Below, piece after piece: positions 1-9,325 of a stretch of 64,000 bases of DNA. The notes under the pieces were generated by a model. That model was not told the origin of the DNA. It saw nothing but the letters and a program-made list of their open reading frames with translations, and made no database searches. Source of the DNA: an uncultured Granulosicoccaceae bacterium (lineage in GTDB: Bacteria; Pseudomonadota; Gammaproteobacteria; Granulosicoccales; Granulosicoccaceae); contig CAZQOI010000006.1 in the NCBI GenBank assembly GCA_964594905.1, forward strand, positions 9,011-73,010. The letters run 5' to 3'. A program made the position numbers and the translations under genes. Position 1 is the first letter of the stretch; each line of letters opens with the position of its first letter.

Positions 1-33
1 CAGCTTTTCAAGCTATATATACTTCCTCAAGAG

Positions 34-70
34 TGCCCGGCATCCCTTAAAGGATGACGGGCCTTTTTTT
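34..70 (+). terminator. Stem-loop plus T-tract upstream of dctQ (probably after the dctP gene lying outside the window)
   Basis: GCCCGGCATCC-CTTAA-AGGATGACGGGC hairpin followed by a run of Ts. Confidence 0.6.
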
Positions 71-87
71 AACGAAGGTTATTCATA

Positions 88-615
88 ATGAGTGAAGCGC
101 CTGAGCCCTCCACTTTCTTGCGGAGATTGGATGGGGTGTTTGATCTGATCTCTCGGATCTGCCTTATCTTCGCTGGTACCGCCCTTGTTGTCATGACTCT
201 GATGTTCGCTTGGCTTGTCTATGGACGTTATGTCTTGAACGACACGCCAACGTGGGTTGAGCAGGTTTCGCATTTACTGGTGATGGTCATTGCCTTTCTC
301 GGTGCGGCGGTTGGTGTGCGTCAAGATACTCACCTGTCGGTCGTGTTGTTTCGCAGCGCAGTGCCATCCTGGATACGGACGGTGTTTGTTTTTGTGACAG
401 ACATCCTCATGGCTGGCTTTGGTGGTCTGATGTTTTGGTACGGCTTACAACTGACACAATTCAAATGGAAAACGATGATTCCATTGATTGATGTTTCAGA
501 GGGATTACGTTCGCTACCGTTGACTATCTGTGGCGCTCTTGTTTTTCTTTTTTCAATCGGCCATCTGATTCGTCTGCTTCTTGGACGGGATGAACGCGTA
601 GACAGTATCGAATAA
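88..615 (+). CDS. dctQ: TRAP transporter small permease
   Basis: 175 aa, 4 TM helices, RYVLN..PTW.E and FLGAAVGVR..HL motifs; directly upstream of dctM. Confidence 0.9.
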   Translation: MSEAPEPSTFLRRLDGVFDLISRICLIFAGTALVVMTLMFAWLVYGRYVLNDTPTWVEQVSHLLVMVIAFLGAAVGVRQDTHLSVVLFRSAVPSWIRTVFVFVTDILMAGFGGLMFWYGLQLTQFKWKTMIPLIDVSEGLRSLPLTICGALVFLFSIGHLIRLLLGRDERVDSIE

Positions 616-624
616 GAGAAGAGC

Positions 625-1905
625 ATGGGACTTTTGCTATTACTCGGCGTGTTCGCCCTTTGTGTCGTCATTGGATTGCCAGTTGCTTTTGCATTAGGCA
701 TCTCCGCCCTGGTTGCTTTCTGGCACGAAGGATTACCCCTGTTGATTGTTTTTCAACGCATAGTCGCAGGAATCAATGTCTATTCATTGATGGCGATCCC
801 GTTCTTCATCTTCGCAGGCGAACTCATGTTTCATGGTGGCATTGCGATGCGATTGGTGCGTTTTGCGCAAAATGCGGTTGGTGCAGTACGGGGTGGTCTT
901 GGCATCGTCAACGTCTTTTCATCAATGCTTTTTGGTGGGATTTCAGGTTCGGCTATCGCTGATATTTCTGCCCTGGGTTCCATCCTTATCCCGGTCATGA
1001 AGGACAAGGGATACGATGCCGACTATGCGGTTAACGTTACTGTGACCTCATCGATCGCGGGAATCATCATTCCGCCAAGTCACAACATGATTATCTTCGC
1101 ACTGGCGACAGGTGGTGCGGTATCAATATCCAAGCTCTTTCTCGCGGGTGTAGTGCCTGGCGTTCTGATGTGTATCTGCCTTGCCGTTGCCGCCTATGTT
1201 GTTGCCGTGAAACGCGGCTACGGTGCCGAAAAATTTCCAGGTTGGACGGTGCTTGTGATTAGTTTTTTCAGCGCTATCCCTGGGCTACTCACAGCGGTGA
1301 TCATTGTTGGTGGCGTTCTATCAGGAGTTTTTACAGCGACCGAATCTGGTGCATTCGGCGCTCTTTACGCATTCGTGGTGACGCTCATAGTTTATCGCAG
1401 CATCACCTGGACAAATTTCAAGCTGGCAGTTATCCAATCTGTTCGCACGACATCCATGGTCATGATCTTGATTGCTTGTGCGGGTGCTTTTGCCTACATG
1501 CTGACGTTCTTTCGCGTGCCTAACCTGACGATTGAATTTCTAACCGGCTTGACTGAAAACCCTATCCTGATCCTGTTGATGATCAATGGCGTGCTGCTGA
1601 TGCTTGGAATGATCATGGACATGGCGGCACTTATATTGATATGCACTCCAATATTCTTACCCATCATGAATACTCTGGGAATTGATCCGCTGCAGTTCGG
1701 AATGATCCTGTTGGTCAATTTAGGTTTGGGTCTTTGCACACCGCCTGTCGGCTCTTGTTTATTTGTAGGGTGTGCCGTTGGTAAGTTGCCGATGGAAAAA
1801 GCGGTACGAACCATATGGCCTTTTTATATCGCGATATTCGCGGCATTGATGCTGATAACCTTCATACCAGCGATTTCACTGACGTTGCCTGGCTTGATTG
1901 GCTAA
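625..1905 (+). CDS. dctM: TRAP transporter large permease
   Basis: 426 aa; LMAIPFFIFAGELM, GGISGSAIAD, IIPPS, FTATES and TPPVG motifs. Confidence 0.95.
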   Translation: MGLLLLLGVFALCVVIGLPVAFALGISALVAFWHEGLPLLIVFQRIVAGINVYSLMAIPFFIFAGELMFHGGIAMRLVRFAQNAVGAVRGGLGIVNVFSSMLFGGISGSAIADISALGSILIPVMKDKGYDADYAVNVTVTSSIAGIIIPPSHNMIIFALATGGAVSISKLFLAGVVPGVLMCICLAVAAYVVAVKRGYGAEKFPGWTVLVISFFSAIPGLLTAVIIVGGVLSGVFTATESGAFGALYAFVVTLIVYRSITWTNFKLAVIQSVRTTSMVMILIACAGAFAYMLTFFRVPNLTIEFLTGLTENPILILLMINGVLLMLGMIMDMAALILICTPIFLPIMNTLGIDPLQFGMILLVNLGLGLCTPPVGSCLFVGCAVGKLPMEKAVRTIWPFYIAIFAALMLITFIPAISLTLPGLIG

Positions 1906-1979
1906 CACTGATTGCAGCAGTTAAAGATGCCCTCTTATTTACCAAAAATGGTTTTTTCGCTGGAAAAAGTTTATTTTTA

Positions 1980-2117
1980 TGCACAAAAATTGAGCGTTAA
2001 AAAGCTCATCTGCGCATTCGCAGTGCGATAAGATTTGCATTGTATTTGTGCGATTTCAGTTAAGTTGCTGAAAATAATAGAAAAATAACTTCGAAAATTC
2101 ATGGCACGTTAATCGAA
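1980..2117 (+). promoter_or_regulatory. Putative NtrC-binding sites and degenerate sigma54 promoter upstream of urtA remnant
   Basis: Three TGCAC-N7-GTGCA-like boxes (1980-1996, 2011-2027, 2036-2052). TGGCAC-GTTAA-TCGA at 2102-2116 has a good -24 element and an imperfect -12 element. Confidence 0.6.
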
Positions 2118-2154
2118 TTACTCAAACTTCAAATTAAAATATTTGGAGAAAACT

Positions 2155-2550
2155 TTGAGTAAGCATTTTTTTAGTAAAAGCATCGGTGGTGCTCTGGTGT
2201 TATCAGCGGCTTCTCTATCAGTGTCGTCCAATGTGCTCGCACAAGACACGATCAAGGTTGGTGTTCTGCATTCCTTGTCTGGAACGATGGCCATCAGTGA
2301 AACTACCTTGAAAGACACCATGCTCATGTTGATCGATGAGCAAAACGCAAAGGGTGGCTTGTTAGGTAAGCCTCTTGAAGCCGTAGTCGTTGATCCGGCT
2401 TCAGATTGGCCGCTGTTTGCAGAAAAAGCTCGTGAGTTGATCGAGAAAGAGAAAGTGGCATCAATTTTCGGTGCGTGGACATCAGTCTCGAGAAAGTCTG
2501 TTCTGCCTGTTATCGAAGAGCTGAATGGTCTGTTGTTTTATCCTGTCCAG
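2155..2550 (+). pseudogene. urtA: 5' fragment of urea ABC transporter substrate-binding protein
   Basis: Signal peptide, then [19 protein letters not shown]...[13 protein letters not shown]...[11 protein letters not shown]...LLFYPVQ. Homology stops at 2550, where YEG is expected, and the frame runs on to a stop at 2616. TTG start after GGAG. Confidence 0.9.
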
Positions 2551-2876
2551 ATCTTGATGTCGTTTTTATTGAAAGCGGTGGAGACAATCTCGCCGCAACA
2601 TTCAGTCCTGAATTAGCCGATCTGACTCTGTACGTGATTGATGTTGCGCAGGGTGAGGAAATTCCACGAAAAGGTGGGCCAGGCATTACCCGGTCTGATC
2701 TGTTAGTCATTAACAAGACAGATCTAGCGCCATACGTTGACGTATCTTTAGACGTCATGGAAGCAGATACCAAGCGGATGCGTGATGGTAAGGCTCACGT
2801 GTTCAGTTGTGTGAAACAGGGCGACGGGGTTGCAATCGTCGCTGATTTTATTTGCCGAGAAGGCTTGCTTCAATAG
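2547..2876 (+). pseudogene. ureG: 3' fragment of urease accessory GTPase
   Basis: [64 protein letters not shown]; the N-terminal P-loop and CPH motif are absent. Confidence 0.92.
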
Positions 2877-2920
2877 GCAGTTTGTTATTCGATCTATCTT
2901 CCCCAGGCCTTGATATGTGG

Positions 2921-2950
2921 GACTTCATATCAGGCGACTTTATATCAGGC
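2921..2950. repeat. 15-bp tandem duplication
   Basis: GACTTCATATCAGGC followed by GACTTTATATCAGGC. Confidence 0.8.
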
Positions 2951-2952
2951 AT

Positions 2953-2979
2953 AAAAAACGGCCGGATATACCGGCCGTT
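2953..2979 (-). terminator. Rho-independent terminator for the ompA pair
   Basis: AACGGCCGG-ATATA-CCGGCCGTT with an A-tract on the left (U-tract on minus strand). Confidence 0.75.
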
Positions 2980-3025
2980 CAATGGGGGAGCTAGCTGCAG
3001 GCTTAAAGCCTGCGACTAGTTATTA

Positions 3026-3670
3026 TTAATTGAAAACCATACGGTTCGCAGTGAGTTCAACTTCTACGCGACGATTTTGCTGACGCCCTTCAGCCGTAAA
3101 GTTAGAGGCAGCAGGAGAGTTTTCACCCATGCCTGATACGTCGATTCTGGCATCAGGGTATTGAGCTGCAAGCATGTTAGCAACTGTCTGAGCACGTCGC
3201 TCTGACAAACCCTGGTTGTACTCTTCTGAGCCACGGCTATCTGTGTGGCCAGTTACGCTGATCTTAGTGACACCTTTGAACTCAGAAACTGCTTGAACCA
3301 TAGACTGCATGGCTGATCGGCCAGCATCGTTCAGCTCAGCTGAATTAGTGTCAAACAGAGCAAGTTCGCTGAAGTCACGCGTATCGATCTTTGCTGTGTT
3401 AGCTTCTGGTGCCTTCGGCGCTTCAACAACGGCTGGTGCTTCTGCTACTTCTGTTTCACGACCTTCACAAGCGTCATTTGAGTCATCGTCAGAGAATGTG
3501 CCAGAGCGAAAGCAGCCACTGGTACCGGTTTTCAGAGCAGTGCCACCAACTGTGATGTAGCTGCTACCTGGATCTTCAACAGTGCCGTCAACATTGACGG
3601 AATGAGCTGAAGCGTTGAACGATGCGATTGTCAGGCAAGCACCGATTGAGAGGACGAGACGTGTATTCAT
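3026..3670 (-). CDS. OmpA family peptidoglycan-binding protein (RmpM-like)
   Basis: Signal peptide MNTRLVLSIG, N-terminal Cys pair, OmpA_C motifs GHTDSRGS..YNQGLSERRA and NRRVEV; start chosen after GGAG SD. Confidence 0.88.
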   Translation of the reverse strand: MNTRLVLSIGACLTIASFNASAHSVNVDGTVEDPGSSYITVGGTALKTGTSGCFRSGTFSDDDSNDACEGRETEVAEAPAVVEAPKAPEANTAKIDTRDFSELALFDTNSAELNDAGRSAMQSMVQAVSEFKGVTKISVTGHTDSRGSEEYNQGLSERRAQTVANMLAAQYPDARIDVSGMGENSPAASNFTAEGRQQNRRVEVELTANRMVFN

Positions 3671-3724
3671 AAAATTCTCCATTGCGGAATGGGTAAAACA
3701 GATGATTGAGGTTAAATAGGTTAT

Positions 3725-3752
3725 TGCGATGGCGGGGTACCCCGCCATCGCA
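3725..3752. repeat. Perfect 28-bp palindrome between the two ompA genes
   Basis: TGCGATGGCGGGGT|ACCCCGCCATCGCA. Confidence 0.85.
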
Positions 3753-3763
3753 GTCGTTGTCAG

Positions 3764-4414
3764 TTATTGGCTGATGCTTTTTGCTTTCACTTCGATTTCA
3801 ACTCGGCGGTTAAGCTGACGACCTTCCGGTGTGGAGTTGGTCGCAACAGGGCTTTCTTCACCCAAGCCGACGCTGCTGATATTAACGCTAGGATAGGCTG
3901 CTTTCAGGAATCCTTCCACTGCCTGAGCTCGCTGTTCTGACAGACCTTGGTTGTAGTCAGCATCACCGGTTGCATCAGTGTGTCCAATGACGCGCATTTC
4001 CGTGATTTCCTGAAAGGATTCTAACTGAACCAGTAGATCGGCCAAAGCTTGTTCGCTTGCTGCAGTCAGTGCCGCTGAGTTGGAAGCGAAGAGTGCTTCA
4101 CCGCCAAGGGTAGCTGTCGTGACGATTGGCTCTTTCTTAGGTGGAGCTGGAGCTGCTGTTTGGTCAGCTTCTGCTTCTGGCTGTTTCTCAGCGGTGGCTT
4201 CGATACCTTCGCAGGCGTTGACCTGAGTATCTTCAGACCAACTGCCAAGACGCAGACACTCACCGCCACCGGTACGCACCGCACTGCCATCCGAGCTAAC
4301 GTAGCCCGCACCACTGGGGATTTCGATATCGCCATCCAACGCAACATCGTGCGCAGTGGCGGCGGTACTGCATAAAATCATGGCTGCAGCGGCCTTAGTG
4401 ATGATTTGTTTCAT
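3764..4414 (-). CDS. OmpA family peptidoglycan-binding protein (RmpM-like), paralog
   Basis: Signal peptide, GYVSSDGSAVRTGGGECLRLGSW motif, GHTDATGD..YNQGLSEQRA, NRRVEI. Confidence 0.9.
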   Translation of the reverse strand: MKQIITKAAAAMILCSTAATAHDVALDGDIEIPSGAGYVSSDGSAVRTGGGECLRLGSWSEDTQVNACEGIEATAEKQPEAEADQTAAPAPPKKEPIVTTATLGGEALFASNSAALTAASEQALADLLVQLESFQEITEMRVIGHTDATGDADYNQGLSEQRAQAVEGFLKAAYPSVNISSVGLGEESPVATNSTPEGRQLNRRVEIEVKAKSISQ

Positions 4415-4675
4415 GTCCTAGCTCCCACTAGTTAACTTGTCTTTTGATATCGAAATACCGATTTTTGGTTTCTCACCACCGACACCAAGCCAGACAGTGC
4501 CAAGGCATTGCCTTAATTACTTGTTGTTTTTTTGTCTTGTATAGCCTTAAACAGTCGAATTGTAAACTCAATCAAGGGAATTCGTGTGTGAAAAATACAA
4601 CACATGGTGGTCAATCTTCTGTCGAGACAGCCCAGAGAGTGTAGGCTATCTCCCAGCGCTGGCTGACAAAAGGAG

Positions 4676-5401
4676 TTGTCAATGCGGTTTAATGCAGGTT
4701 TTGGCCCGATTTTCCCCGCGTGTTGCGTTATTTGTTATGGCCAGCCGGTCTTTGGGTTGGATATGTGTAGCAGTTGCCTAGGGCATCTGACGCCGCGAGT
4801 TAGTAAGAATGTTTTTGGGGTCTCCGCTCTCTGTCCCAACTGCGGCACTGAGCATCGTGGCGACAATTGCTCCTCCTGTGCCGGAAATTTGCCGTTATTT
4901 GCGCGAATCGTGTGTCCTTACCGTTTCGTCTTCCCACTGGACCGCATGATCCACAGCCTCAAATATGGCCGCAATCGGACTATGGGGCGCGTTCTTGGTG
5001 AGTTACTGGCCTATGGGCTTGCTCGCGAACCGTCAGCAGACATGAAGCCTACGGTCGTCATACCGGTTCCGCTGCATGCCAATCGGCAGGCCACCCGCGG
5101 TTTCAACCACGCAGCGGACATAGCTCGTTTTGCTTCCAGGCGCTTGCATCTGCCTTTCTCTGAGGGTCTGGCTCGTCGCGTTGAAGACACAGAGTCTCTG
5201 GCGGGCTTATCGCGCCCTGAGCGAGAGCTGCTGATTCGTGGAGCCTTTTCTGTTAGCGACGCGGTTGCTGATCAGCGTATCGCCATTGTGGATGATGTCA
5301 TGACCAGCGGTGCAACCTCAGGCGAGCTTGCTCGCGAGCTCTACGATACTGGAGCCGCGTCTGTTGAGCTGTGGGTGGTAGCGCGCACCCCGCTTGTTTG
5401 A
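4676..5401 (+). CDS. comF: ComF family competence protein (zinc ribbon + PRTase)
   Basis: CxxC pairs, PVPLH..R...RGFNHA, IVDDVMTSGAT. Confidence 0.88.
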   Translation: MSMRFNAGFGPIFPACCVICYGQPVFGLDMCSSCLGHLTPRVSKNVFGVSALCPNCGTEHRGDNCSSCAGNLPLFARIVCPYRFVFPLDRMIHSLKYGRNRTMGRVLGELLAYGLAREPSADMKPTVVIPVPLHANRQATRGFNHAADIARFASRRLHLPFSEGLARRVEDTESLAGLSRPERELLIRGAFSVSDAVADQRIAIVDDVMTSGATSGELARELYDTGAASVELWVVARTPLV

Positions 5402-6993
5402 TTCATCTCGTCGATCAGCATGCGTTTGACGACAGCAGGAAGGGTGGATTCATCTTGGGTGGTGTCGGTACTCCAGAGAGCCTTGTAATCCTCCTGTAAT
5501 CGTGTGTGCTCAGCGGACAGCGATTGTAGGGATGAACTGATTTCCCCATCGACTCGCTCCAGAGCGATCTTGGCTCCGTCTTTTATACCGCGCGCCACCG
5601 CCTGAGCGCGGGAAGGTTTGAGCTTACGTGCCAGAAATGTTGGCAAGAACCAGGCGAGGCCTGCCAGAAACACACTATTGATAGCGAAGCTGGCCCCAAG
5701 ATAAGCGCCGACATCGCTGCCACCATCGATAAATGCCGTGACCACTCGGTAACTGATCCAGCCAAGCGCCACTAGTGGCAGAAAAATGGCAAGAATCGTT
5801 AGCGTCTTGTAAGTGATTCGTTGCAGTCGGGTACCAGGGGCAACCAAAGATCGCGCTACTGCGTCGTCAATGAACTGGGGTAGTTGCTTTCGTAGTTTTT
5901 CAACCACGGGTGACAGATGTTTGTGCGCCGCAAGAACTGGCAGGCTGGATTTCTCAGCATGTACGTTGATGAATTCCTCGACTGTGTTGTTCAGTCGCGT
6001 CATCAGTGTGTCGTCTGCGATGCTTGTCGACAAGGCTTGATGGGGATTTTCAACAAAGGCTTCTGCAAGTGGTTCTGCTTGCCATGTCATGGCTGTCTGC
6101 AGCGAATCTTCTTGTTGCCGCCAGTCCTTTTGCCATTGCTGAGAAAGGGTAGTGATGTCGCTGCTATCGCCTAGTTTTGAGACGATGGAATCCGCGCGAT
6201 GCCTGATCAATTGCAGACGTTTAAGGATGCCACGTGACTCCAGCGCCGCGATCATCGAGTTCTCGGCTAGCTCTACAAGTGTTGACTCAAGTTTTGCGAA
6301 GTCGTCGTTGGCAGAGTTTGCGGCTTCAGCCAAAGGATTGCTGCAATCGGTTCTGAAAATCATTGGCTCGGAAAGGCCAGCAGTTATTAGTTGCTGTTGA
6401 AAGTCATCAAGTTGAACCTGATTACCTTTGTCCCAGTGGTTCATGACGAATAGCCAAGCATGCTGGCTCGCGTGTTTGCTCATTAATTGCCAGCCCTGAT
6501 CATCACGATAGCGTTCGGGGCTGACAACATAGATTACGACATCAAGGTGTGGCAGCCACAGATCAACGAGCTCCCTGTGACTGGTTTCGACACTGTCGAA
6601 ATCGGGCATGTCAATCCACAGGATATTGTTGTACAAATCGTTCTGGTGCAAGGAGGTGCGCATGCGCGCCATTGGAAAATCGTCGGGTAGATGATCAACC
6701 GTTATGCTCTTGTGTACGTATACAGTGATATCGCGGGAAGTAGGCCGCACAGCGCTGGTCTGTGCGACATTGTCTTTGGCGAGACGGTTGAGCAGAGAGC
6801 TTTTACCAACACCAGTTCCGCCGAACAGGCCAACCACCAGCGGACGCTCGGTATTGTCGAACAGTCCGCCTGGTGTATCACTGTGTCTTGGGTCTAATTG
6901 TTCCAGTGCTGCTGCGGGCAACCAGCCAGACTCAATGGCCTGCTTGGTCCATTGTTCGAGTGAACTGTTTAGCACTTTAAGCACGTCGGTCAT
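5341..6993 (-). CDS. Dynamin-like / YfjP-type P-loop GTPase with two C-terminal TM helices
   Basis: G1 GGTGVGKS, G2 RPT, G3 DMPDFDS, G4 NHWD; helical stalk and two hydrophobic segments near the C-terminus. Confidence 0.8.
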   Translation of the reverse strand: MTDVLKVLNSSLEQWTKQAIESGWLPAAALEQLDPRHSDTPGGLFDNTERPLVVGLFGGTGVGKSSLLNRLAKDNVAQTSAVRPTSRDITVYVHKSITVDHLPDDFPMARMRTSLHQNDLYNNILWIDMPDFDSVETSHRELVDLWLPHLDVVIYVVSPERYRDDQGWQLMSKHASQHAWLFVMNHWDKGNQVQLDDFQQQLITAGLSEPMIFRTDCSNPLAEAANSANDDFAKLESTLVELAENSMIAALESRGILKRLQLIRHRADSIVSKLGDSSDITTLSQQWQKDWRQQEDSLQTAMTWQAEPLAEAFVENPHQALSTSIADDTLMTRLNNTVEEFINVHAEKSSLPVLAAHKHLSPVVEKLRKQLPQFIDDAVARSLVAPGTRLQRITYKTLTILAIFLPLVALGWISYRVVTAFIDGGSDVGAYLGASFAINSVFLAGLAWFLPTFLARKLKPSRAQAVARGIKDGAKIALERVDGEISSSLQSLSAEHTRLQEDYKALWSTDTTQDESTLPAVVKRMLIDEMNQTSGVRATTHSSTDAAPVS

Positions 6994-7068
6994 GGCGTTG
7001 TACTGGATGTTTATGTCTTGACGGTCGATGAATCAACACATTAGCGAGCATACACGCATAATCTCACA

Positions 7069-8790
7069 GTGAGCAGCAAAGACCCACAATCTGATATCGA
7101 CGGCAACACGAGTTTTGCTGTGTCTACAGCTGCCTGTTGCAGAAGTCTTGCTGATGATTCCGAGCTAAACCTGAGTAATACTGCTCCCTATGATTCCATG
7201 GCACTTAGCGCTTATCGTGGGCAGGCCGATTCATTGGCCTTGCGACATGCCTTTCATGATCCGACGCTGCATGGTCACAAGCGACCAAACACCGAACTAG
7301 CGGGTGCTTTATATGATGTGCTTGAACGAGAGCGTTATGAAGCGCTAGGTGCCATTAACTATGCTGGTGTTCAACGCAACCTGGATGCGCGAAGCCCGGA
7401 CACCTTCGGCCTTGCCAATGAGCTGAGCTGTTTGAGTCGTTATTGGTTCCGTGGTAATGAAGCGGCTATAGACATGGATAGCGCCTCGACTATTCGCTCC
7501 ATATGCGCGGACTCCTTATCATTACTGTCAGAGAATCTTGAAGATCAAGAAAAATTTGCGAAGCTGAGTATTACGCTAGTTGAACGCATGCTCGCTTTGG
7601 ACATGGATATAGATCCAGGCGTAACTGACGATCCTGACAATATGTTTGACAGTGACGCCGCTGACATTGAAGCCGACAAGCCATCAGAAGATGAACTCCT
7701 GGCAGCTGACGATGAAGAGCTAACTACGCGTTCACGCGAGGACGAGGTATTGCCAGAAGCGGCTATGGGCGACACCATAGAGTCTGATGAGCTGTCTGAT
7801 ACGGCATTGGATGAAGCGCCGGGTTCAGGGTCCGATCCTTTACTTGTCCTGTCTGGTGGTGTTTCAGTTTATAAAGCGTTTACCACTCGCTACGATGAAA
7901 TCGTTTCAGCCAACAGTCTCGCCAGTGATGCTGCCTTGGATCAATGGCGAGTTGAATTGGATGATCATCTATCTCGCCAAGGTCGTTTGGTTCGGCGTCT
8001 GGCTGCACGTTTGCAACGAGTCTTGCTGGCGCGGCAACGCAGGCAGTGGCAATTTGATTTACCAGAAGGTCAACTTGATACGGCGCGTCTTACGCGCCTG
8101 GTCACCGATCCCTTGATGCCGTTGACTTTCAAGACAGACGCCGACGCTCCGTTTAGAGATACAACAGTGACCTTGTTGCTCGATAATTCGCGTTCAATGC
8201 TTGGGCGTCCAATCATGATTGCTGCGGCCTGTGCTGATGTGCTGTCACAAACGTTGGAACGTTGTGGGGTGAGTGTCGAGATTCTCGGCTTCACCACGGT
8301 TGAATTGCATGGTGGTCAATCCAATACAGCATGGGAGCAGGCGGGTCGACCGGAGGCGCCTGGCAGACTCAATGACTTAAGGCATATCATTTACAAGAGT
8401 GCCGATATGCCGTATCGCAGTGCGCGACGAAATCTTGGTTTGATGCTCGATAAGGATGTTCTGAAACAGAACATCGATGGCGAGTCTCTACAATGGGCTT
8501 ATGAGAGGCTGCTGCGTCGACCCGAGGAGCGCAGAATCCTCATGGTCATCTCCGATGGCGCGCCAGTTGATACCAGTACCCTGGCAGCCAATGACGGCGA
8601 TTTTCTGGTCGCACATCTCGATAAGGTTATCGCTGAAATTGAGTCAGCTCAGCAAGTAGAGCTGCTGGCAATCGGTATAGGTCACGATGTCAGCCGTTTT
8701 TACCGCGAATCGATGAGCGTATTCGATGCGAGGCAGCTTGGCTCAGCAATGTTGTCGAAGCTTGAAGATTTGTTTCGGCGTGTTGCGTAG
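7069..8790 (+). CDS. cobT: Cobaltochelatase CobT subunit (VWA domain)
   Basis: [10 protein letters not shown], acidic linker, [62 protein letters not shown]. Confidence 0.85.
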   Translation: MSSKDPQSDIDGNTSFAVSTAACCRSLADDSELNLSNTAPYDSMALSAYRGQADSLALRHAFHDPTLHGHKRPNTELAGALYDVLERERYEALGAINYAGVQRNLDARSPDTFGLANELSCLSRYWFRGNEAAIDMDSASTIRSICADSLSLLSENLEDQEKFAKLSITLVERMLALDMDIDPGVTDDPDNMFDSDAADIEADKPSEDELLAADDEELTTRSREDEVLPEAAMGDTIESDELSDTALDEAPGSGSDPLLVLSGGVSVYKAFTTRYDEIVSANSLASDAALDQWRVELDDHLSRQGRLVRRLAARLQRVLLARQRRQWQFDLPEGQLDTARLTRLVTDPLMPLTFKTDADAPFRDTTVTLLLDNSRSMLGRPIMIAAACADVLSQTLERCGVSVEILGFTTVELHGGQSNTAWEQAGRPEAPGRLNDLRHIIYKSADMPYRSARRNLGLMLDKDVLKQNIDGESLQWAYERLLRRPEERRILMVISDGAPVDTSTLAANDGDFLVAHLDKVIAEIESAQQVELLAIGIGHDVSRFYRESMSVFDARQLGSAMLSKLEDLFRRVA

Positions 8791-8840
8791 AAGTCGCGAT
8801 ATCATAGCCACTAACCCAAACATCATCTCAAGGAATACTC

Positions 8841-9323
8841 ATGTTAGAAAAAGGCGACAAGCTTCCTGATGCCACACTCCGGAAGTTAGGCTCCGAAGGT
8901 CCCGAGGAAGTCTCAGTCAGTGACTATTGTCGTGGCCGAAAGGTGGTTATCTTTGCATTGCCGGGTGCCTTTACGCGAACGTGTACCGCTACACATGTAC
9001 CCAGTTATATCGAAAATGCTGATGCTTTGAAAAAAGCTGGCGTAGAGGCGATAGCCTGTGTGTCCACATCTGATCAGTTCGTCATGGATGCCTGGGGCAA
9101 GAGTCTTGGCACTGGTGACGCGGTTGATATGTTGGGCGACGGGAATCATGAATTCACGCGTGCTACCGGTATGACAATCGATCTTAGTATCGCAGGACTT
9201 GGTGAGCGTTCGATGCGTTATGCCATGGTGGTCGATGATGGAGTCGTTAGCTATCTCGGAGTAGACGAGGATGCACGAACGGCAGAAGCAAGCCTCGCTC
9301 AGGCATTACTGTCGAATCTTTGA
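8841..9323 (+). CDS. Peroxiredoxin (Prx5/type II)
   Basis: LPGAFTRTCTATHVP active site, D.FVMDAW, RSMRYAM. Confidence 0.9.
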   Translation: MLEKGDKLPDATLRKLGSEGPEEVSVSDYCRGRKVVIFALPGAFTRTCTATHVPSYIENADALKKAGVEAIACVSTSDQFVMDAWGKSLGTGDAVDMLGDGNHEFTRATGMTIDLSIAGLGERSMRYAMVVDDGVVSYLGVDEDARTAEASLAQALLSNL

Positions 9324-9325
9324 TG

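Noticed and set aside
2475-2546. N-terminal part of the 133-aa ORF ([12 protein letters not shown]...)
   Set aside because: It is the alternative frame of urtA sequence upstream of the junction, not real UreG sequence.
2540-2560. Programmed frameshift producing a UrtA-UreG fusion
   Set aside because: No slippery heptamer at the junction, and a secreted half-domain fused to a P-loop-less GTPase half makes no functional sense; deletion is simpler.
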